Of a DNA stretch of 64,000 nt, positions 49,859 through 61,337 are shown in pieces. Position numbers and translations under genes: made by a program. Below the pieces are notes generated by a model that was not told where the DNA came from, did no database searches, and saw only the letters and a list, made by a program, of their open reading frames with translations. Origin of the DNA: Schmidtea polychroa (taxonomy: Eukaryota); the NCBI GenBank assembly GCA_044892525.1, contig CM097887.1, positions 107,052,397-107,116,396 of the forward strand. Reading direction: 5' to 3'. Numbering within the stretch: position 1 is the first letter of the stretch; every line of letters begins with the position of its first letter.

Positions 49859-52738
49859 AAAAGGCTAGATTAGTGAGTATTCCTGGTTGTAAAGGAATAA
49901 AGGCTTTGGATTGGTTTAGTATCAGAAAGGTAGAGAGTGTAAACCAGCCCCGCATAAATAAATTAATTAATAATTGTAGAGTTCAAAATACGTTAAACGG
50001 GACAACGAGAGATAAAACCTCAACTTGGTTATTCTTAATCATGATAGGGGGAGTAATTTGCATGATTTTAATTTTGATATTAACCACCCTATGGATGCTT
50101 AGATTAAATATGCGGGATATTCGTTATTGGGAAATTATTTACGAAACCGAGGTATAGGGGGAAAGTCTCACCATATACTAGGAAGTGTAAATATATATTT
50201 TATCTATTTTATATGTTATTTATATTAGTATGTAAACTAATGTGGGCTCAAATGAGCATCGGTAAAATCAGACATCAGCGTATGTCGACTTTGGTTACCC
50301 TGCGAGGGTCTATCACGAAAGTGATAAAAGCTGTTAATTATTTTATTTTTAGAAAAATGAATTATAACAGAGAACCAAAACCACCAGTCAAAGCAAATCG
50401 ACGACACCCATTGGCAACGTACAATTCCCAGACTCGAGTTGAAACTGAAGTATATAGTACATACAAAGAAGAGTACGTATACAGGTTCATCGGAACTACG
50501 GTCGCAGCAAAAATGAATCACCTCACCTCAAACTATTGGTATTATCCCAGGAGAGTGGATATTCCAAACGATTTCAAATTCGCAGGAGGGCCTCGAAAGC
50601 AAATGATGATAACGGTTATAAATAACCAAGGTAGATTAAAATTGGCGGAACTATGTAGAGATTATGGTTCATGTCCGAAATTGGAAAACATTTGGATCCA
50701 TGCGATCAATAGGCCATTCACTGTGTTTATGGCGGGATTAGAGTTACCTGTTGAATTAGAAAAACAGTGTACTCTGGAGATATACCACGCTGATGGACGA
50801 GAACGGAATATTATGATCCAGGCAGCAGCAGTTGATACCATAATCGCAGTAGAAATCTTGGATTTCAGGAAGCCATACTCTATAGTTAGCAAAAACGAGC
50901 CAACTTGGATTTACAATGTAAATAAAGTTGATATACAGCAGTGTAAATCATTTGTGAGGAAGAAGTTAACCAAAGCCGAGGAGGACGAGGCTACAATTTT
51001 CATATCGGCAGGTTTTGCCAAATCCCGAATCGAACTGAAGGAGACAATTATCCAAATCGCAATTATGGATATGAGGGAAATAATTTATTGAGTGCGGTAG
51101 TGACTCCCAGAGACCCTGTAAAACACTACCAAACGCACCAATACAAGTTAAAGGAACCTGATATTAGAGGAAACCTCGACGAAGATGATTGTTATCCTCT
51201 GATAAGATCTGCGATAAGAAAATACTTGTAGGTATTTTGCTTAAAGATCTGATCTCGGTAGCCAATCTACCAGTGCAGCGGATACTGAGTATTCGTGACC
51301 TTTCTGCAAATAAACTATTGGAAACCAGAGGAGTCCCAATGATTCATGGTCATTACAGATTGGTATTCCCGACGAAAACTTTCCTGCGTACGGTTCCCGG
51401 AGAACCAAGGAATTTAGTGGTCACCAATGAGGCACTGGCGATACGTGCGGTTTATTTACATCTCAGAAACGAATGGTTAGACCATATCACGAAACCCCAG
51501 GAGGAATTCATTTCCGTAACTACAGCAGCGATAGTTGAGCAGGAAATGACGCAAAAGAGGAGATTACCCGAGCAACCATCTACATCAGGGCAACCCAAGC
51601 CTAAGAGAAAATCACCTGTGGACTTACCACCGCCTCCAGCTATATCTATTGGAGAAGAAGATGAATATGAAACATGCGTTAGCGAAACGGAGACAGCAAA
51701 ATCACCCAAACAATCATCGGGAGCTGCCTATCAGCCAAAGGATAAATCGGAAAATGCGGTCAGAAAAGAAAATCCAGAAGGAGGCAAGGTGAAAAAGATG
51801 TTAAAGAAAATATTACCCATAAAAAGACAATTTTTTCAAATTTGTCAGACTTCCAGCCAACGGAAATTCTTCAACGATGTCTTATTTTAAAGCTCATTGC
51901 AATACCTTTCGAATGTGGTATAGAAATCCATATTATCAATATTATTGGTAAAGATATTATTTTTTCAAAATATTATTTTTTCAAGGTCATTTATATTTTC
52001 AAGGTCATTTATATTTTCAAGGTCATTCATATTTTCAAGGTCATATTTTAAAATTTAAATTTTTAGAGTTCCCACCAATGGAATTTATTGGCCGATGGCT
52101 AATTTTGAAGCCCACTGCAATACCTTTCGAATGACGTATAGATATTCATATTATCATTATTATTAATAAAGATATTATTTTTTCAAAATATTATTTTTCA
52201 AGGTCGTTTATTTTTTCAAGGTTCAAAATCTGTTCAAAGCTACTGTTTTAGTCAATACGAACCAGATGAAATAATCGGTTCCATCGCCAAAAGTGATGCT
52301 CATCCTATTTGAATATATGCCTGAAAGATTGAAAGATTCAAGTTGAAAGACCTGAAATTAGAAGACAATCACAAGAAAATATTATCCGGACAATTGATGT
52401 CCGGACTGCAATACTTGCATAATTTGAATATCGCCCACTGCAATATCAATCCAAAAGACATTTTCGATGATATGGCAGAATTAAGATTAAAGATTTCAAA
52501 CTTTGGAGGACGAATAATAAAATTGCGCTTATCGTCATATTAGAAAATGACCAGCGAGTCGAGAGATTAGTGCTCAACCATGCTTATCTAAGTAGAAGAT
52601 GGACAATCAAACCAGATACCGTGACAAAGGCGAACATTTCGTATTTGGAATTTACGGAGAGAACCGGTTGGTATACAATATATCAAGAAATAGTAAATCT
52701 AATACCTCCCACAAAAGGAGAACTAACTGGCAAAGAAG
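49859..52738 (+). repeat. Array unit 18 (2880 bp)
   Basis: KEEK/KVES membrane-ORF variants. A 1-G deletion at ~51076 truncates ORF B to 292 aa. ORF C G>V. Confidence 0.95.
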
Positions 52739-55603
52739 GAAAGGCTAGATTAGTGAGTATTCCTGGTTGTAAAGGAATAAAGGCTTTGGATTGGTTTAGT
52801 ATCAGAAAGGTAGCGAGTGTAAACCAGCCCCGCATAAATAAATTAATTAATAATTGTAGAGTTCAAAATACGTTAAACGGGACAACGAGAGATAAAACCT
52901 CAACTTGGTTATTCTTAATCATGATAGGGGGAGTAATTTGCATGATTTTAATTTTGATATTAACCACCCTATGGATGCTTAGATTAAATATGCGGGATAT
53001 TCGTTATTGGGAAATTATTTACGAAACCGAGGTATAGGGGGAAAGTCTCACCATATACTAGGAAGTGTAAATATATATTTTATCTATTTTATATGTTATT
53101 TATATTAGTATGTAAACTAATGTGGGCTCAAATGAGCATCGGTAAAATCAGACATCAGCGTATGTCGACTTTGGTTACCCTGCGAGGGTCTATCACGAAA
53201 GTGATAAAAGCTGTTAATTATTTTATTTTTAGAAAAATGAATTATAACAGAGAACCAAAACCACCAGTCAAAGCAAATCGACGACACCCATTGGCAACGT
53301 ACAATTCCCAGACTCGAGTTGAAACTGAAGTATATAGTACATACAAAGAAGAGTACGTATACAGGTTCATCGGAACTACGGTCGCAGCAAAAATGAATCA
53401 CCTCACCTCAAACTATTGGTATTATCCCAGGAGAGTGGATATTCCAAACGATTTCAAATTCGCAGGAGGGCCTCGAAAGCAAATGATGATAACGGTTATA
53501 AATAACCAAGGTAGATTAAAATTGGCGGAACTATGTAGAGATTATGGTTCATGTCCGAAATTGGAAAACATTTGGATCCATGCGATCAATAGGCCATTCA
53601 CTGTGTTTATGGCGGGATTAGAGTTACCTGTTGAATTAGAAAAACAGTGTACTCTGGAGATATACCACGCTGATGGACGAGAACGGAATATTATGATCCA
53701 GGCAGCAGCAGTTGATACCATAATCGCAGTAGAAATCTTGGATTTCAGGAAGCCATACTCTATAGTTAGCAAAAACGAGCCAACTTGGATTTACAATGTA
53801 AATAAAGTTGATATACAGCAGTGTAAATCATTTGTGAGGAAGAAGTTAACCAAAGCCGAGGAGGACGAGGCTACAATTTTCATATCGGCAGGTTTTGCCA
53901 AATCCCGAATCGAACTGAAGGAGACAATTATCCAAATCGCAATTATGGATATGAGGGGAAATAATTTATTGAGTGCGGTAGTGACTCCCAGAGACCCTGT
54001 AAAACACTACCAAACGCACCAATACAAGTTAAAGGAACCTGATATTAGAGGAAACCTCGACGAAGATGATTGTTATCCTCTGATAAGATCTGCGATAAGA
54101 AAATACTTGTAGGTATTTTGCTTAAAGATCTGATCTCGGTAGCCAATCTACCAGTGCAGCGGATACTGAGTATTCGTGACCTTTCTGCAAATAAACTATT
54201 GGAAACCAGAGGAGTCCCAATGATTCATGGTCATTACAGATTGGGATTCCCGACGAAAACTTTCCTGCGTACGGTTCCCGGAGAACCAAGGAATTTAGTG
54301 GTCACCAATGAGGCACTGGCGATACGTGCGGTTTATTTACATCTCAGAAACGAATGGTTAGACCATATCACGAAACCCCAGGAGGAATTCATTTCCGTAA
54401 CTACAGCAGCGATAGTTGAGCAGGAAATGACGCAAAAGAGGAGATTACCCGAGCAACCATCTACATCAGGGCAACCCAAGCCTAAGAGAAAATCACCTGT
54501 GGACTTACCACCGCCTCCAGCTATATCTATTGGAGAAGAAGATGAATATGAAACATGCGTTAGCGAAACGGAGACAGCAAAATCACCCAAACAATCATCG
54601 GGAGCTGCCTATCAGCCAAAGGATAAATCGGAAAATGCGGTCAGAAAAGAAAATCCAGAAGGAGGCAAGGTGAAAAAGATGTTAAAGAAAATATTACCCA
54701 TAAAAAGACAATTTTTTCAAATTTGTCAGACTTCCCGCCAACGGAAATTCTTCAACGATGTCTTATTTTAAAGCTCATTGCAATACCTTTCGAATGTGGT
54801 ATAGAAATCCATATTATCAATATTATTGGTAAAGATATTATTTTTTCAAAATATTATTTTTTCAAGGTCATTTATATTTTCAAGGTCATTTATATTTTCA
54901 AGGTCATTCATATTTTCAAGGTCATATTTTAAAATTTAAATTTTTAGAGTTCCCACCAATGGAATTTATTGGCCGATGGCTAATTTTGAAGCCCACTGCA
55001 ATACCTTTCGAATGACGTATAGATATTCATATTATCATTATTATTAATAAAGATATTATTTTTCAAGGTCGTTTATTTTTTCAAGGTTCAAAATCTGTTC
55101 AAAGCTACTGTTTTAGTCAATACGAACCAGATGAAATAATCGGTTCCATCGCCAAAAGTGATGCTCATCCTATTTGAATATATGCCTGAAAGATTGAAAG
55201 ATTCAAGTTGAAAGACCTGAAATTAGAAGACAATCACAAGAAAATATTATCCGGACAATTGATGTCCGGACTGCAATACTTGCATAATTTGAATATCGCC
55301 CACTGCAATATCAATCCAAAAGACATTTTCGATGATATGGCAGAATTAAGATTAAAGATTTCAAACTTTGGAGGACGAATAATAAAATTGCGCTTATCGT
55401 CATATTAGAAAATGACCAGCGAGTCGAGAGATTAGTGCTCAACCATGCTTATCTAAGTAGAAGATGGACAATCAAACCAGATACCGTGACAAAGGCGAAC
55501 ATTTCGTATTTGGAATTTACGGAGAGAACCGGTTGGTATACAATATATCAAGAAATAGTAAATCTAATACCTCCCACAAAAGGAGAACTAACTGGCAAAG
55601 AAG
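52739..55603 (+). repeat. Array unit 19 (2865 bp)
   Basis: KRR variant. 16-bp deletion at ~55055 in the AT-rich duplicate. Confidence 0.95.
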
Positions 55604-58469
55604 GAAAGGCTAGATTAGTGAGTATTCCTGGTTGTAAAGGAATAAAGGATTTGAATTGGTTTAGTATCAGAAAGGTAGCGAGTGTAAACCAGCCCCGCAT
55701 AAATAAATTAATTAATAATTGTAGAGTTCAAAATACGTTAAACGGGACAACGAGAGATAAAACCTCAACTTGGTTATTCTTAATCATGATAGGGGGAGTA
55801 ATTTGCATGATTTTAATTTTGATATTAACCACCCTATGGATGCTTAGATTAAATATGCGGGATATTCGTTATTGGGAAATTATTTACGAAACCGAGGTAT
55901 AGGGGGAAAGTCTCACCATATACTAGGAAGTGTAAATATATATTTTATCTATTTTATATGTTATTTATATTAGTATGTAAACTAATGTGGGCTCAAATGA
56001 GCATCGGTAAAATCAGACATCAGCGTATGTCGACTTTGGTTACCCTGCGAGGGTCTATCACGAAAGTGATAAAAGCTGTTAATTATTTTATTTTTAGAAA
56101 AATGAATTATAACAGAGAACCAAAACCACCAGTCAAAGCAAATCGACGACACCCATTGGCAACGTACAATTCCCAGACTCGAGTTGAAACTGAAGTATAT
56201 AGTACATACAAAGAAGAGTACGTATACAGGTTCATCGGAACTACGGTCGCAGCAAAAATGAATCACCTCACCTCAAACTATTGGTATTATCCCAGGAGAG
56301 TGGATATTCCAAATGATTTCAAATTCGCAGGAGGGCCTCGAAAGCAAATGATGATAACGGTTATAAATAACCAAGGTAGATTAAAATTGGCGGAACTATG
56401 TAGAGATTATGGTTCATGTCCGAAATTGGAAAACATTTGGATCCATGCGATCAATAGGCCATTCACTGTGTTTATGGTGGGATTAGAGTTACCTGTTGAA
56501 TTAGAAAAACAGTGTACCCTGGAGATATACCACGCTGATGGACGAGAACGGAATATTATGATCCAGGCAGCAGCAGTTGATACCATAATCGCAGTAGAAA
56601 TCTTGGATTTCAGGAAGCCATACTCTATAGTTAGCAAAAACGAGCCAACTTGGATTTACAATGTAAATAAAGTTGATATACAGCAGTGTAAATCATTTGT
56701 GAGGAAGAAGTTAACCAAAGCCGAGGAGGACGAGGCTACAATTTTCATATCGGCAGGTTTTGCCAAATCCCGAATCGAACTGAAGGAGACAATTATCCAA
56801 ATCGCAATTATGGATATGAGGGGAAATAATTTATTGAGTGCGGTAGTGACTCCCAGAGACCCTGTAAAACACTACCAAACGCACCAATACAAGTTAAAGG
56901 AACCTGATATTAGAGGAAACCTCGACGAAGATGATTGTTATCCTCTGATAAGATCTGCGATAAGAAAATACTTGTAGGTATTTTGCTTAAAGATCTGATC
57001 TCGGTAGCCAATCTACCAGTGCAGCGGATACTGAGTATTCGTGACCTTTCTGCAAATAAACTATTGGAAACCAGAGGAGTCCCAATGATTCATGGTCATT
57101 ACAGATTGGGATTCCCGACGAAAACTTTCCTGCGTACGGTTCCCGGAGAACCAAGGAATTTAGTGGTCACCAATGAGGCACTGGCGATACGTGCGGTTTA
57201 TTTACATCTCAGAAACGAATGGTTAGACCATATCACGAAACCCCAGGAGGAATTCATTTCCGTAACTACAGCAGCGATAGTTGAGCAGGAAATGACGCAA
57301 AAGAGGAGATTACCCGAGCAACCATCTACATCAGGGCAACCCAAGCCTAAGAGAAAATCACCTGTGGACTTACCACCGCCTCCAGCTATATCTATTGGAG
57401 AAGAAGATGAATATGAAACATGCGTTAGCGAAACGGAGACAGCAAAATCACCCAAACAATCATCGGGAGCTGCCTATCAGCCAAAGGATAAATCGGAAAA
57501 TGCGGTCAGAAAAGAAAATCCAGAAGGAGGCAAGGTGAAAAAGATGTTAAAGAAAATATTACCCATAAAAAGACAATTTTTTCAAATTTGTCAGACTTCC
57601 AGCCAACGGAAATTCTTCAACGATGTCTTATTTTAAAGCTCATTGCAATACCTTTCGAATGTGGTATAGAAATCCATATTATCAATATTATTGGTAAAGG
57701 TATTATTATTTTTTCAAAATATTATTTTTTCAAGGTCATTTATATTTTCAAGGTCAATCATATTTTCAAGGTCATATTTTAAAATTTAAATTTTTAGAGT
57801 TCCCACCAATGGAATTTATTGGCCGATGGCTAATTTTGAAGCCCACTGCAATACCTTTCGAATGACGTATAGATATTCATATTATCATTATTATTAATAA
57901 AGATATTATTTTTTCAAAATATTATTTTTCAAGGTCGTTTATTTTTTCAAGGTTCAAAATCTGTTCAAAGCTACTGTTTTAGTCAATACGAACCAGATGA
58001 AATAATCGGTTCCATCGCCAAAAGTGATGCTCATCCTATTTGAATATATGCCTGAAAGATTGAAAGATTCAAGTTGAAAGACCTGAAATTAGAAGACAAT
58101 CACAAGAAAATATTATCCGGACAATTGATGTCCGGACTGCAATACTTGCATAATTTGAATATCGCCCACTGCAATATCAATCCAAAAGACATTTTCGATG
58201 ATATGGCAGAATTAAGATTAAAGATTTCAAACTTTGGAGGACGAATAATAAAATTGCGCTTATCGTCATATTAGAAAATGACCAGCGAGTCGAGAGATTA
58301 GTGCTCAACCATGCTTATCTAAGTAGAAGATGGACAATCAAACCAGATACCGTGACAAAGGCGAACATTTCGTATTTGGAATTTACGGAGAGAACCGGTT
58401 GGTATACAATATATCAAGAAATAGTAAATCTAATACCTCCCACAAAAGGAGAACTAACTGGCAAAGAAG
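55604..58469 (+). repeat. Array unit 20 (2866 bp)
   Basis: KDLNW variant (55649, 55654), ORF B A>V (56478), and the same +3/-18 indel set as unit 17. Confidence 0.95.
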
Positions 58470-61337
58470 AAAAGGCTAGATTAGTGAGTATTCCTGGTTG
58501 TAAAGGAATAAAGGCTTTGGATTGGTTTAGTATCAGAAAGGTAGAGAGTGTAAACCAGCCCCGCATAAATAAATTAATTAATAATTGTAGAGTTCAAAAT
58601 ACGTTAAACGGGACAACGAGAGATAAAACCTCAACTTGGTTATTCTTAATCATGATAGGGGGAGTAATTTGCATGATTTTAATTTTGATATTAACCACCC
58701 TATGGATGCTTAGATTAAATATGCGGGATATTCGTTATTGGGAAATTATTTACGAAACCGAGGTATAGGGGGAAAGTCTCACCATATACTAGGAAGTGTA
58801 AATATATATTTTATCTATTTTATATGTTATTTATATTAGTATGTAAACTAATGTGGGCTCAAATGAGCATCGGTAAAATCAGACATCAGCGTATGTCGAC
58901 TTTGGTTACCCTGCGAGGGTCTATCACGAAAGTGATAAAAGCTGTTAATTATTTTATTTTTAGAAAAATGAATTATAACAGAGAACCAAAACCACCAGTC
59001 AAAGCAAATCGACGACACCCATTGGCAACGTACAATTCCCAGACTCGAGTTGAAACTGAAGTATATAGTACATACAAAGAAGAGTACGTATACAGGTTCA
59101 TCGGAACTACGGTCGCAGCAAAAATGAATCACCTCACCTCAAACTATTGGTATTATCCCAGGAGAGTGGATATTCCAAACGATTTCAAATTCGCAGGAGG
59201 GCCTCGAAAGCAAATGATGATAACGGTTATAAATAACCAAGGTAGATTAAAATTGGCGGAACTATGTAGAGATTATGGTTCATGTCCGAAATTGGAAAAC
59301 ATTTGGATCCATGCGATCAATAGGCCATTCACTGTGTTTATGGCGGGATTAGAGTTACCTGTTGAATTAGAAAAACAGTGTACTCTGGAGATATACCACG
59401 CTGATGGACGAGAACGGAATATTATGATCCAGGCAGCAGCAGTTGATACCATAATCGCAGTAGAAATCTTGGATTTCAGGAAGCCATACTCTATAGTTAG
59501 CAAAAACGAGCCAACTTGGATTTACAATGTAAATAAAGTTGATATACAGCAGTGTAAATCATTTGTGAGGAAGAAGTTAACCAAAGCCGAGGAGGACGAG
59601 GCTACAATTTTCATATCGGCAGGTTTTGCCAAATCCCGAATCGAACTGAAGGAGACAATTATCCAAATCGCAATTATGGATATGAGGGGAAATAATTTAT
59701 TGAGTGCGGTAGTGACTCCCAGAGACCCTGTAAAACACTACCAAACGCACCAATACAAGTTAAAGGAACCTGATATTAGAGGAAACCTCGACGAAGATGA
59801 TTGTTATCCTCTGATAAGATCTGCGATAAGAAAATACTTGTAGGTATTTTGCTTAAAGATCTGATCTCGGTAGCCAATCTACCAGTGCAGCGGATACTGA
59901 GTATTCGTGACCTTTCTGCAAATAAACTATTGGAAACCAGAGGAGTCCCAATGATTCATGGTCATTACAGATTGGGATTCCCGACGAAAACTTTCCTGCG
60001 TACGGTTCCCGGAGAACCAAGGAATTTAGTGGTCACCAATGAGGCACTGGCGATACGTGCGGTTTATTTACATCTCAGAAACGAATGGTTAGACCATATC
60101 ACGAAACCCCAGGAGGAATTCATTTCCGTAACTACAGCAGCGATAGTTGAGCAGGAAATGACGCAAAAGAGGAGATTACCCGAGCAACCATCTACATCAG
60201 GGCAACCCAAGCCTAAGAGAAAATCACCTGTGGACTTACCACCGCCTCCAGCTATATCTATTGGAGAAGAAGATGAATATGAAACATGCGTTAGCGAAAC
60301 GGAGACAGCAAAATCACCCAAACAATCATCGGGAGCTGCCTATCAGCCAAAGGATAAATCGGAAAATGCGGTCAGAAAAGAAAATCCAGAAGGAGGCAAG
60401 GTGAAAAAGATGTTAAAGAAAATATTACCCATAAAAAGACAATTTTTTCAAATTTGTCAGACTTCCAGCCAACGGAAATTCTTCAACGATGTCTTATTTT
60501 AAAGCTCATTGCAATACCTTTCGAATGTGGTATAGAAATCCATATTATCAATATTATTGGTAAAGATATTATTATTTTTTCAAAATATTATTTTTTCAAG
60601 GTCATTTATATTTTCAAGGTCATTTATATTTTCAAGGTCATTCATATTTTCAAGGTCATATTTTAAAATTTAAATTTTTAGAGTTCCCACCAATGGAATT
60701 TATTGGCCGATGGCTAATTTTGAAGCCCACTGCAATACCTTTCGAATGACGTATAGATATTCATATTATCATTATTATTAATAAAGATATTATTTTTCAA
60801 GGTCGTTTATTTTTTCAAGGTTCAAAATCTGTTCAAAGCTACTGTTTTAGTCAATACGAACCAGATGAAATAATCGGTTCCATCGCCAAAAGTGATGCTC
60901 ATCCTATTTGAATATATGCCTGAAAGATTGAAAGATTCAAGTTGAAAGACCTGAAATTAGAAGACAATCACAAGAAAATATTATCCGGACAATTGATGTC
61001 CGGACTGCAATACTTGCATAATTTGAATATCGCCCACTGCAATATCAATCCAAAAGACATTTTCGATGATATGGCAGAATTAAGATTAAAGATTTCAAAC
61101 TTTGGAGGACGAATAATAAAATTGCGCTTATCGTCATATTAGAAAATGACCAGCGAGTCGAGAGATTAGTGCTCAACCATGCTTATCTAAGTAGAAGATG
61201 GACAATCAAACCAGATACCGTGACAAAGGCGAACATTTCGTATTTGGAATTTACGGAGAGAACCGGTTGGTATACAATATATCAAGAAATAGTAAATCTA
61301 ATACCTCCCACAAAAGGAGAACTAACTGGCAAAGAAG
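58470..61337 (+). repeat. Array unit 21 (2868 bp)
   Basis: KEEK/KVES as in unit 18, +3 ATT, and the 16-bp deletion as in unit 19. Confidence 0.95.

Noticed and set aside
46086-51078. Unit 16 extended ORF C (253 aa) and unit 18 truncated ORF B (292 aa) as novel isoforms
   Set aside because: Both arise from single-base losses in homopolymer runs (T6>T5, G4>G3) and may be sequencing errors or neutral slippage.
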